Assembly: GCA_965237955.1 (NCBI GenBank)
Contig: OZ250169.1
Coordinates: 736,001 to 800,000 of the forward strand
Source of the DNA: Candidatus Marinacidobacterales bacterium
GTDB taxonomy: Bacteria > Acidobacteriota > Vicinamibacteria > Marinacidobacterales > SMYC01
Direction: 5' to 3'
DNA length: 64,000 nt
Position numbers and translations under genes: made by a program. Below the pieces are notes generated by a model that was not told where the DNA came from, made no database searches, and was given only the letters and a program-made list of their open reading frames with translations. This document shows positions 33,150 through 43,228 of the stretch, one piece after another; position 1 is the first letter of the stretch, and each line of letters begins with the position of its first letter.

Positions 33150-34706
33150 ATGGCAGCTAAGAGGTTATCGATGAGAAAAATACGAGAGGTTCTAAGGTTA
33201 AAGTACGAGCTGGGTTTTACTCACCGCATGATCGCAAAGGCACTTCGCGTGGCGGTTGGAACGGTGAGTGAGTACCTGGCCAAGGCGAAGAAGGGTGGTC
33301 TGAGCTGGCCGCTCCCGGAGGAGCTGAGCGACGGGGAGCTGGAGGCAGGGCTGTTTCCGCCGCCGGGCTCGTCTGGCGCACGGCCGGGTCTGGACTATGC
33401 CCACATCCACGAGGAGCTGAGGCGTCACCGAGAGCTGACGTTGCTGCAGCTGTGGGTGGAGTACGCGGAGAATAAGCCGGGAGCGTACGGCTACAGCCGT
33501 TATTGCGAGCTGTACGGTCAGTGGAAGAAGAAGCTGAACCCGACGATGCGTCAACGGCATCGAGCAGGCGAGAAGACATTCGTCGATTTTTCGGGGAAGA
33601 AGCCTCACATCGTCGATCCGAAAACGGGAGAGCTCGTCGAAATGGAGCTGTTCGTCGGGACGTTGGGCGCGAGCAGTTACACCTACGTCGAAGCGACACT
33701 GAACCAGTCGCTGGAATCGTGGGCGAAGGCCCATAAGGGGATGTCGGATTACTTCGGTGGCAGTACGGAGATCTGGGTTCCGGACAACTTGAAGAGCGGC
33801 GTGGATTTGGTGGACCGTTACGAGCCAGGGATCAACCGGACGTACGAAGAGATGGCGACGCATTACGGTGCGGTTGTGGTCCCGGCTCGGGTGTTCAAGC
33901 CGAAAGACAAAGCGAAGGTGGAGTCGGCAGTGCAGGTGGCGCAGCGCTGGATCCTGGCGGTGCTTCGTCATCGCACGTTCTTCAGCCTGGCGGAACTGAA
34001 CGAAGCCATCTGGGAGAAGTTAGAGGTCCTGAATGCGCGTCCGATGCAGAAGCTCGGTGTGAGTCGGCGGGAGTTGTACGAAAGGCTAGACCGGCCCGTA
34101 CTGAAACCGCTACCGCAGGAGAGCTACGAGTTATCGACGTGGAAGCGGTGCAGAGTGAACATCGACTACCACGTGGAGGTGGAGAACAACTTGTACAGCG
34201 TTCCCTATCAGCTCATTCACGAGAAAGTCGAGGCACGGGTGACGGCCTCGGTGGTGGAGGTCCTGTTCAAGGGAAAGCGCGTCGCGTCGCATCCCCGCAA
34301 GAAAGGAAAGGGGCACTACTCCACGAACCCGGAGCATATGCCACGTTCGCATCGGGAGCACCTGGAGTGGACGCCGTCGCGGCTGCTCCACTGGGCGGAG
34401 CAGTCAGGTCGCGCCACGGGAAGGCTGGTTGCGGGGATTCTAGAGAGTCGGCCTCACCCGGAGCAGGGATTTCGCTCTTGCCTGGGAGTCATGCGACTAG
34501 GCAGCCGCTGGGGCAGTGAGCGTCTCGAGGCCGCTTGCGCACGAGCGGAAGCTTTGAGCTCTTACAGCTATCGCACGGTGAAAAACATTCTCTCGGCTGG
34601 TCTGGATCGTGTGGTGCTCGAATCGGACGCCGAAGCGAAACCGCGAGAGGAGCACGAGAACATCCGAGGCGCGGATCACTACGAAGGAGGAGAGTCCCGA
34701 TGCTGA
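33150..34706 (+). CDS. istA: IS21 transposase
   Basis: FVDFSG, VPDNLKSGV, KPKDKAKVESAV. Confidence 0.95.
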   Translation: MAAKRLSMRKIREVLRLKYELGFTHRMIAKALRVAVGTVSEYLAKAKKGGLSWPLPEELSDGELEAGLFPPPGSSGARPGLDYAHIHEELRRHRELTLLQLWVEYAENKPGAYGYSRYCELYGQWKKKLNPTMRQRHRAGEKTFVDFSGKKPHIVDPKTGELVEMELFVGTLGASSYTYVEATLNQSLESWAKAHKGMSDYFGGSTEIWVPDNLKSGVDLVDRYEPGINRTYEEMATHYGAVVVPARVFKPKDKAKVESAVQVAQRWILAVLRHRTFFSLAELNEAIWEKLEVLNARPMQKLGVSRRELYERLDRPVLKPLPQESYELSTWKRCRVNIDYHVEVENNLYSVPYQLIHEKVEARVTASVVEVLFKGKRVASHPRKKGKGHYSTNPEHMPRSHREHLEWTPSRLLHWAEQSGRATGRLVAGILESRPHPEQGFRSCLGVMRLGSRWGSERLEAACARAEALSSYSYRTVKNILSAGLDRVVLESDAEAKPREEHENIRGADHYEGGESRC

Positions 34707-35458
34707 CACCCGAAACGATAGAAAAGATGAACGCCATGAAGTTGTTCGGCTTGGTGTCCGCGTTCGAAACCCAGTTGAGCTCGAGCGAATACAAGGAGCT
34801 GAGCTTCGAGGAACGTGTGGGACTCCTGGTCGATGCCGAGTGGACCGCCCGCGAACAGCGTAAGCTTTCTCGACGACTGCGAGCGGCAAAGCTCCGCTAT
34901 CCGGCATGTTTGGAGAACGTGAACTTCCAAGCGCCTCGAGGCTTAAACCGCGAACAGATCTTGAGCCTGGGCAACTGCCGCTTTGTCGGTGAGCGCCATA
35001 ACCTGCTCATCACCGGCCCGACGGGGATTGGCAAATCGTTCTTGGCTTGCGCCTTCGTGGAGCGGGCCTGTCGTCGCGGCTTCACCGGATGCTACGTGCG
35101 AGCACCGCGCTTGCTCCACGAGCTCGCGGTCGCTCGTGGTGATGGTTCCTACGCCCGGCTTTTGACGAAACTCGCCAAGCTGGACTTACTGGCTATCGAT
35201 GATTGGCTGCTTCACCCGCTGAAAGAATCGGAGAGACGGGATCTAATGGAGGTCATCGAAGACCGCGCCGAGCGTGGCTCCACACTCATCGCGACCCAGA
35301 TTCCGCTCAAGCAGTGGCACGAAGCGATTGGCGACCCAAACCAGGCAGACGCTATCTGCGATCGCATTCTCCACAGCGCGCACCGCATCACTCTCAAAGG
35401 AGCTTCTCTGAGAAAGACCAAGGCTGCGCCAAAGGCATTTGACAACGCCGATGCATGA
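34700..35458 (+). CDS. istB: IS21 helper ATPase
   Basis: GPTGIGKS, LLAIDDW, ADAICDRILH. Confidence 0.95.
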   Translation: MLTPETIEKMNAMKLFGLVSAFETQLSSSEYKELSFEERVGLLVDAEWTAREQRKLSRRLRAAKLRYPACLENVNFQAPRGLNREQILSLGNCRFVGERHNLLITGPTGIGKSFLACAFVERACRRGFTGCYVRAPRLLHELAVARGDGSYARLLTKLAKLDLLAIDDWLLHPLKESERRDLMEVIEDRAERGSTLIATQIPLKQWHEAIGDPNQADAICDRILHSAHRITLKGASLRKTKAAPKAFDNADA

Positions 35459-36102
35459 GCGAGCGAGGGACCACAGCGTCGATGCGATAAAAACGGGTGA
35501 AACCGCCAAACCCGGGGTACCAGACGATGCGGCGCCAAAACGACGCGCGAGAATGCCTCAGGAAGCGTCTTCTCGAGCCAGGCCATACCCCAGCAACCCC
35601 CCGAAACCAGCCCCACATCGCCCGGGGTTCGGCCGCGGCAGGTCGCTGCCTACGGGAGCGGGAAGGTCGCTTCGCGTCTTTCCTTACGCCCGCTCCCTCC
35701 GGCACCGACCTGCCGCCCCTTGCTACACAACACGCAGGTAAGATAGGTTCACGTTTTCAATCAGTGGAAAGGAGGTCACCCAACACTTCATCGCTTCGAT
35801 GAGCGTTCGGCTTCACCGGATTCGCTGTTCAGCTTGCTCTGGATTCGGCGTTCACGATGGCTGGAATACGCATCGTAGTTCCATTCGCTGATCACGCTGA
35901 GATCGACCACCGATCTAGCCACCGAGTAGAATGTGTACTCGCCGCCGAAAACGGTAGCGAAGTAGTCTCTTCTACTCCCGACAGGTTGCGTGCCCCCGCG
36001 CGCTGAATCGCCTCCGGCTTCAAGAGCCAGGAGCCGGTCGTCATCTGGGCGTCCACCCCGAACTGGCGGATCTGCGCGTAGTCGTCCTGTGCCAAAACTC
36101 GC

Positions 36103-36411
36103 TGTGCCTTCTATTTATTCATCCGGGCGCCCCAAACTTGATTAGTCTCCGGTCTGCCGGCACCATGCCTGCTTGATTTCGTCGTTTGTTCGCGCTCTCA
36201 TCTCCGCCTTCAAGGCTCGTCGCGAGCTGGCTCTCGACAATGTCGCTCTTCGGCAGCAGCTCGCCGTCCTCCGCCGTTCGGTGAAACGGCCGCGGCTCTC
36301 GAACGTCGACCGCGGGTTTTGGGTAACTGTAGAGCCTAAGGGCCCTTGGCCCAGTCGCTAAGCTGCTGATTTATGGTCTATTTCAAAAGGGCTGAGTTTT
36401 GGCACAGGACG
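36103..36411 (+). mobile_element. 309-bp MITE, copy 2
   Basis: Near-identical to 10625-10933. Confidence 0.9.
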
Positions 36412-36553
36412 GGATTGGGTACGCATCCCCGAGGCTCCGACTAATCCCGAACGAAGGACCGTTGCGCCCCGATTCATTGGAGCAGGTGACGAAAACCTGC
36501 TACTCTCGTCGTTTCTAGAAACAACGACTTGGACCTGCGGTGGGTCTTACAAT

Positions 36554-37738
36554 ATGGACGCGGACACGGCCAAGAACTCATCTCCAAACAACGGCAAACT
36601 CTGTCCGCCAGCCGAGCCGGGGCGGTGGATTCACGTTTCCTACATAGGCTGTCTAGGCTGTCTCATTTATGTCATCCTTCTACCCATAGGTGGACTGCCT
36701 AACTATTTTCCTCAACAAACCCTCCTAGCCCACGCAGCTCTCGCGATCGTGCTGGTTTCGATAATCTTGGAGCAATACTTTAGTTACGGTACTAGAGTTC
36801 ACAAGCAACGGCTGGAGGACTGTAGCGTCGTGGAGGCTACTATCGTCGAAGCACGAACCGTAGCTCCGCGGCTAACGGAACCCGAAGTGAGACCGCACGA
36901 TTACGATCGGAAGCAAAAAGAACTGCAGGAAGAGGCCACTAGACTGGAAGATATAGGAAGTGAGTGTTGGACGGAGTATCAGATCCTGCCGCTAAGCCAA
37001 ATGCTTGTGGAATTTCTGGCCATTGATGACTTGAAAGAGCAAGCTAGGTCAAGCCTTTCTGATATCGAGGAATACGCGATCGACATTTCGTACCCATTGG
37101 ATATCCGTAGGTACGATCGTTGGGAAGAGCGAATCAACAACAAGATGGGCGAGATTGAGAAAGCGCGTGACCAACCCAAGGGAGTCGATCCTGACATTGC
37201 ACAGGACGACGCCGCCGAACCTTTACGGGCCGCTCTCCGGATGCTTCTCGAGCACGTCGCTGGCTACGAAAAGTACTGGGTTGAGGGAAGCGCATATCTT
37301 CGTAGTCTCATCACGTGTTCAGCGGTAGCGATCCCTGTTTTCGTAGCAATGGGACTGCTACCGCTTTGGCATCCGGGCGGGGACGGCCGGCTCGATTGGT
37401 TGCATTGGGCTCAGTTGGGAATCGCAGGTGCATTGACGGCCGTGTTGCTAGATTATCGGAGATCTGATGTCGTTGAAGTGGGCGTGACGGAGGGCCGAAA
37501 GGAACTGTGGCGTGCCGTCACAGGTTCAGTACTGGGGTCAGTTGCTGGCCTTCTCGTCTACGGCATGTTGCTCGGCGGCCTACTGGAGGGCAACTTGTTC
37601 CCTGAAGTATTGTTCTCTGAAACAGGAAGTGACACGTTGTCGCATGCGGGACGGTCCTTCTTCTGGGCCCTCTCAGCAGGATTCACTTTCGAAAAGGTAT
37701 TCGAACGTGTTCGTGGCGCACTGGGGCCAAATCAATGA
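36554..37738 (+). CDS. Hypothetical membrane protein: 2 N-terminal TM, soluble helical domain, about 4 C-terminal TM
   Basis: Hydrophobic segments YIGCLGCLIYVILLPIGG, AALAIVLVSIIL, AVAIPVFVAMGLL, LGIAGALTAVLL, VLGSVAGLLVYGMLLGGLL, FFWALSAGF. ATGA overlap with the next gene. Confidence 0.8.
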   Translation: MDADTAKNSSPNNGKLCPPAEPGRWIHVSYIGCLGCLIYVILLPIGGLPNYFPQQTLLAHAALAIVLVSIILEQYFSYGTRVHKQRLEDCSVVEATIVEARTVAPRLTEPEVRPHDYDRKQKELQEEATRLEDIGSECWTEYQILPLSQMLVEFLAIDDLKEQARSSLSDIEEYAIDISYPLDIRRYDRWEERINNKMGEIEKARDQPKGVDPDIAQDDAAEPLRAALRMLLEHVAGYEKYWVEGSAYLRSLITCSAVAIPVFVAMGLLPLWHPGGDGRLDWLHWAQLGIAGALTAVLLDYRRSDVVEVGVTEGRKELWRAVTGSVLGSVAGLLVYGMLLGGLLEGNLFPEVLFSETGSDTLSHAGRSFFWALSAGFTFEKVFERVRGALGPNQ

Positions 37739-38163
37739 AGGATCAACAAGTTCTTCGTTCTATTGACAAGAGTCCTGGCGAGCGGGTCGCGCACGAAGTG
37801 TATGGAGAGGAGCTCATTCTCGATCTGCACGGCTGCCAAACCGAGCGGTTTACACGAGCCGAGATTGCGCGCTTCTGCTCAGAGCTGTGTGAATTGATCG
37901 ACATGGAACGGTGCGATCTGCATTTTTGGGATGATGTAGACGTGCCTGTAGGTGAACGCCAAACGCACCCCAAGACAAAGGGAACGAGCGCTGTGCAGTT
38001 CATCCTCACGAGTACGATCGTCATCCACACGCTGGAGCTGATGGGTTCCGCGTATGTCAACATTTTTTCGTGCAAAGAATTCGATTCAGACGAAGCAGCC
38101 CGTTTTACGGCGAAGTGGTTTGAATCCACTGACTGGACAACCACCGTAGTAACCAGACGCTAA
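37735..38163 (+). CDS. Pyruvoyl-dependent S-adenosylmethionine decarboxylase-like proenzyme
   Basis: YGEELILDLHGC, GTSAVQFILTSTIVIHT (canonical G.S....L.ESH..IHT), NIFSCKEF. Confidence 0.8.
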   Translation: MKDQQVLRSIDKSPGERVAHEVYGEELILDLHGCQTERFTRAEIARFCSELCELIDMERCDLHFWDDVDVPVGERQTHPKTKGTSAVQFILTSTIVIHTLELMGSAYVNIFSCKEFDSDEAARFTAKWFESTDWTTTVVTRR

Positions 38164-38186
38164 CGGGCATCAGACTGGAGGTAAGA

Positions 38187-39554
38187 ATGGCTATGTTGTT
38201 GTTCGAGGAGCAATTTGAGGCTTCGGTGAACGTGAGGCATAACGGTCTTCTCGGACACCTCCGCGAATCCAGCGCACGGCAGTTGTCGAAGGACCTCGTA
38301 GCGGTCAGATTCGTGGTCACCTCTAGTACGTCGTCGGGTTATCAATGTGAGCTCGGGGCCATAACCGGCCTTGATGAAACCAGACATCGGTCAATCAGCT
38401 CCATCTTTAGATTCCAACGCCGACTCACCGAGAATGCCCAAGAGTTCAACGTCGTGCTTATGGTTCCCACAGGTGTGGGCTCGGAGATAGGCGGGCACGC
38501 CGGCGATGCCGCCCCAGTTGCCAGAATGCTGGCGGAAGTGTCCGACACGATCCTTCTTCATCCGAACGTGGTGAACGCGTCCGATGTCAACGAAATGCCA
38601 GAGAATGCCCTGTACGTTGAGGGAAGTGTACTGTGCCGCCTATTGATGGGCACAGTTGGGCTGCAACGAGTACGCTCGAATCGTGTTTTGGTCGTAATCG
38701 ATGCACACAGCGACGAACTTTTTGTGAACGCAGCCGTCAATGCTGTCAGTGGCGCTCGAGCCGCCTATGGTCTCTCATGTGCTGAGGTCGTCTGCCTTGA
38801 TCCGCCGGTGAAACTCCTAGCACGCTACGCTGCGTCTGGCAGGGCAGCGGGCCGCGTCGAGGACTTGGAAGGTTTGATCCAGCTACTCGATGATCGTGCT
38901 GGACAGTACGATGCCGTAGCCATCTCATCAGTTATCGACGTACCTGCGGAGTTTCACCAGGGCTACTTTGACGCGGGCGGGAAGATGGTAAATCCGTGGG
39001 GCGGAGTCGAAGCCATGCTAACGCATTCACTGTCAAGCCTTTATAACTTGCCCACAGCTCATTCACCGATGTTCGAGTCTCGAGAGATCGCCAACATGGA
39101 CCCGGGAATTGTCGACCCCCGAATGGCGGCGGAAGCCGTGTCGGCGACTTTCCTACAATGCACCTTGAAGGGTCTTCAAAGAAGCCCTCGCCTCGTTACA
39201 AGTCCACAAGCGATGAACGAGTCAGGGGTGTTCACAGCTTCGGACGTCTCGTGTCTCGTGATCCCAGACGGATGCTTAGGGCTCCCGACGCTCGCGGCGC
39301 TAGAACAGGGTATTCCAGTGATCGCCGTCCGAGAGAACCGCAACAAGATGAAGAATGATCTCTCCTCACTGCCCTGGGCTGCCGGCCAGTTTCATCAGCT
39401 CGAGAACTACTGGGAGGCAGCAGGAGTGATTGCGGCGATGCGCGCCGGGATCGATCCAGTTTCAGTCCGGCGGCCACTCGCCCGAACAACAGTGTCGAAG
39501 TTTGTTGCTTCCGATATGACTCGCGCCGGAAGACGCGGGTCGTATAATCTTTAG
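38187..39554 (+). CDS. DUF3326-domain protein with N-terminal extension
   Basis: VPTGVGSEIGGHAGDA, LHPNVVNAS, LYVEGS, WGGVEAMLTH, VDPRMAAE, IAVREN, NYWEAAG. RBS GGAGG upstream. Confidence 0.8.
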   Translation: MAMLLFEEQFEASVNVRHNGLLGHLRESSARQLSKDLVAVRFVVTSSTSSGYQCELGAITGLDETRHRSISSIFRFQRRLTENAQEFNVVLMVPTGVGSEIGGHAGDAAPVARMLAEVSDTILLHPNVVNASDVNEMPENALYVEGSVLCRLLMGTVGLQRVRSNRVLVVIDAHSDELFVNAAVNAVSGARAAYGLSCAEVVCLDPPVKLLARYAASGRAAGRVEDLEGLIQLLDDRAGQYDAVAISSVIDVPAEFHQGYFDAGGKMVNPWGGVEAMLTHSLSSLYNLPTAHSPMFESREIANMDPGIVDPRMAAEAVSATFLQCTLKGLQRSPRLVTSPQAMNESGVFTASDVSCLVIPDGCLGLPTLAALEQGIPVIAVRENRNKMKNDLSSLPWAAGQFHQLENYWEAAGVIAAMRAGIDPVSVRRPLARTTVSKFVASDMTRAGRRGSYNL

Positions 39555-39728
39555 TGTCCCTTCCGGGGATGGTAGAGACCTGTGCCTTCTATTTATTCAT
39601 CCGCGCGCACCGAATTTGACTAGTCCCTATACAAGCGCGATTGTGAGAAAAAAATAGGCCAGGGAAGAGAGACATCCTTTCGAGGCCTGCTAGCAGGAAA
39701 GCCGCTGCACGGCCTCGTTCGGCTACCC

Positions 39729-39946
39729 CGTCCTGTGCCAAAACTCCAGCCCTTTCGAAATAGACCACAAATCAGCGGCTTAGACGCCCTTGGAATCCGC
39801 GCAGAATCGAGGGTATTTCGCGCCGCAGGGTTGTCTTCCGACCCCTGGGCTGCGGGTGGCGAGCGAAGGCCCACCGGGGGTGCGCACGGCTGGCTCAAAT
39901 CGGCTGCGGGGCGAGCTACGGGCAGTGAAACTGCGCACCCGGAAGT
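39729..39946. repeat. Type-a end plus ~200 bp internal segment, repeated at 50316-50532
   Basis: Direct sequence match. Partial copies at 30480-30710. Confidence 0.85.
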
Positions 39947-39965
39947 CGTAAGGTCAAAATACTCA

Positions 39966-41334
39966 GGATCCGTCCCGCTTCCCGTGGAAATAAGAATGGC
40001 GTAACCTCCGGTTAAACAAAACGAAACCGCGCCTGGAAAGGCGAGGAGGAGGATTACGCCATGAAGAAGCCTACCACCATATCGAAGGAGTCTGTAAGCG
40101 AGTATCGGGAGTTCGTCCAACTTCGGCTGCGTAAGCGGGTACTGGAGGCAATCGAGGTCGTGCTCGAGGAAGAAGTCGACCAAGCGCTGGGGTGTGGTAG
40201 CTACGAGCGTGCGGAAGACCGCCGTGGATATCGCAACGGAGCCGAAACCCGTCGCGTGACGACGTCGGTGGGGACTCGGCGAGCTCCGGGTGCCACGAGC
40301 CCGCGTGCGAGACGAGGAAACGGGAGAAACGACAGAGTTCAGGAGCGAGCTGTTGCCCCGGTACGCGCGCCGGACTCGTGAGGTCGACGAGGCGATCTTG
40401 GGGACGTACTTGTCGGGCGCGAATAGCCGCCGGATCCGCAAAGCGCTGAAACCACTGCTCGGTGAGGAGCACCTATCGAAGAGCGCGGTGTCTCGCGTGG
40501 TTAGCCGGCTGAAGGAGCGCTTCGAGGAATGGCAGAACCGTGCTCTCAGCGAGGAGGTCTACGCGATCGTTTACCTGGACGGCTTCCACCTGAAAGTACG
40601 GATGGCGAAACGTGTGATCAGCGTACCCGTACTGGTCGCGCTCGGGGTCGCGCCAGACGGGCACAAACGTCTGTTGTCATTGCGTCTGGCGGTGAGCGAA
40701 GCCTCGACGCATTGGGGCTCCGTGCTGGAGGGACTCCAGGCTCGAGGACTCCGGGCTCCCAAGCTAGTGATCAGCGACGGCCACAAGGGGCTGACGAAAG
40801 CGCTGGAGAAGTGGCCGGGGTGCCGGTTGCAGCGATGTACCGAGCACAAGCGCGCCAACTTGCTCGAACATTGCCCGGCGCACGCACGCCGTGAGCTCCG
40901 GCGTGACTACAACCGGATCGTCTACGCCAAGAACGGGATCGATGCTCGCAAAGCCTATGACGAGCTCGTCGCCAAGTGGACGCCTCTCGCGCCGGCCGTC
41001 GTCCGAAGCCTAGAGGAGGCCGGTAATCAGCTGCTGACCTTCTACGAATTCCCTCGTGCCATGTGGAAATCGATTCGAACGACCAATGCTCTGGAGAATC
41101 TCAACCGCGAGTTTCGACGCCGGACGAAAACCCAAGCGTCGTTCTCCAGCGAGGAGTCCGCGGTCGCTTTGCTGTTTGGGCTTATCGCCTCTGGCCAGAT
41201 TCAACTACGACGCATCGACGGCTACCAACGTCTGAGCGAGGTTCTCGAACACGCGGAGGTTGCCGCCTGATCTGATACTCTGATGACGGAGTGGAGCGTG
41301 CCGTTCTTTTTCCACGGACCTCGGGACACATCCG
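39966..41334 (+). mobile_element. IS256-family element, frameshifted transposase 40061-41270, 8-bp TSD
   Basis: AATACTCA at 39958 and 41335. Motifs YRNG, VYLDG, ISDGHKGL, QRC..H, RTTNALE. Confidence 0.9.
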
Positions 41335-41408
41335 AATACTCATGCGGCTTCCCGATGGTAGAAACGTAGCAACCCGCCAAGCCGTTCACGGGAGCGCACC
41401 ATAGACAC

Positions 41409-42691
41409 TAAGTAGTCTTTTTCATAAGTACAGTGACGTATATTTAAGTTGCTGAAAGAGCGCCTCTCTGGCATGATTCTGCCCATTGGAGCAGATAAAT
41501 GCCTAGAGAATCGCCGTTTGACATTGAGTTGACCGTCGACGAGCACGATATCCTTGAAGAAACAGCCAGAGCATATACGTCACCGTATATCGATGTTGTT
41601 CGTGCAAAGATCATTCTGTATGCCGCCGAAGGCCTGACGAACAAGGAGATTGGAGAGCGCCTCGACACTCCGCGACAGATCGTGAGCAAGTGGCGGAAGC
41701 GTTTTTTCGACCAACGCCTGGCAGGGCTGCAAGAGCAGCCCCGCCGGGGGCGGCCCGGCCAGTTTTCCCCCCTCCGTCGTCGTCGCCGTAAAGGCTCTCG
41801 CGTGTGAGTTGCCGCACCAAACTGGACTGCCGCTCTCACGACTCAGCACCGCGGACCTCCGTCGAGCCGCGATCGACCGTGGGATCGTGGCGAACATCGG
41901 ACAGACGACCATCTGGCGTTGGTTGAGTGAGGACGCCATTAAGCCCTGGACCCATCGTAGCTGGGTGTTCCCGCGCGACCCGGACTTCGAAGCCAAAGCA
42001 GCTCCCATTCTCGACCTCTACCAAGGACGTTGGCGTCGTAAGCCCTTCTCTGGAAACGAGTTCGTCATCAGCGCCGATGAGAAACCCCGTATCCAGTGCC
42101 GGCTTCGCACATACCCGACGACTTCGACGGCTCCAGGGCGGCCGATGCGCATCGAGCATGAGTACTCTCGTGAAGGCACGGTGAACTACCTTGCCGCATG
42201 GGATGTTCACCGCGCGAAAGTCTTCGGTCATTGCGAACCGAAGAGCACGATCGTCTCCTTCGAGCGCTTCGTCGGGCAAGTCATGCGTCGCAAGCCCTAT
42301 CGCACCGCGAAGCGAGTCTTCTGGATCGTCGATAACGCTTCCATTCATCGCGGCAAAGCTTCTGTCGAGCGCTTCCGGCAACAGTGGCCTAATTCCGTAC
42401 TCGTTCATACCCCAACCCATGCCAGCTGGCTCAATCAAGTCGAGATCTTCTTCTCTATCGTTCAAAGAAAGGTCCTCACCCCGAACGACTTCTTGGCACC
42501 CGACGACATCCCTTTCCATCTTTCCAAGTTCGAACGCTACTACGAGGACATCGCTCGACCCTTTCAATGGAAATTCACCCGCAAAGACCTCAAACAGCTG
42601 ATGAAACGCCTTGCCGTATACGAACCTCGTCTTGCTTCCGCCGCTTGACCGTTGAAAAATACGTCACCGAACTTTCGGGATAGCGTACTTA
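41409..42691 (+). mobile_element. IS630-family element (ORFs 41499-41807 and 41809-42648)
   Basis: TA-flanked AGTA...TACT ends. HTH plus SADEK, IVDNASIH, HASWLNQVEIFFS. Confidence 0.88.
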
Positions 42692-42741
42692 GCGGCTGAT
42701 TTATGGTCTATTTCAAAAGGGCCGAGTTTTGGCACAGGACG

Positions 42742-43147
42742 GGGTGCATTGGTACAACACGCAACGACTCTTGGAGCCGATCGGAAATGTCGCCCCCGTC
42801 GAGTACGAGATGAACTACTATCGGTCGCAGGAAGGCTCGCTAGAGATGGCGAGACTCAACTAAAACAGTCTCCGGAAAACCAAACGACGTGGGAGCTCAC
42901 ACCGGGCCGCATCATCAACCGATGCTACGAGCACGCCTCGACAGTGTTGACGTCCAACAAGAGCTTCGAAGAATGGGGGGCCGTCATGGGCGATGAGGTC
43001 CACCAATCAGCCTCAAACTGGCCCCAATTCCCTGTCCTGGTTTCCAGACAAGATCGCGTAGCTCCTTGTACTGGACGGAGTCATCTGCGTCTCCTCTGTA
43101 AAGCTCCGCTGGATGAATTCGAGATTTGGCCAATTCGAATTCCGCTC
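42742..43147 (+). mobile_element. Patchwork of IS3 end, istB fragment and recombinase-element downstream sequence
   Basis: 42745-42880 resembles 16230-16360. IINRCYEHASTVLTSNKSFEEWG is IstB-like. 43000-43147 matches 52739-52888. Confidence 0.7.
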
Positions 43148-43228
43148 AGACCGAGTCTGGACCCGGAAGATCCCCCTTGATAGTCATAGTCCCGCAGCCT
43201 CGCAATGACACACTTGTTAGGTGCTGCA

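Larger units (their letters stand above)
32930..35872 (+). mobile_element. Complete IS21-family element with 6-bp TSD
   Basis: TGCGTATTCC / GGAATACGCA ends, TCGTAG duplicated at 32924 and 35873, multiple GTGAAC..GATTCC subterminal repeats. Confidence 0.95.
32629..36082 (-). pseudogene. Outer-membrane beta-barrel-like gene split by IS21 and 5' truncated
   Basis: Fragments at 35873-36082 (QFGVDAQMTTGSWLLK) and 32629-32929 (ending DLSLTYNF). Confidence 0.55.
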
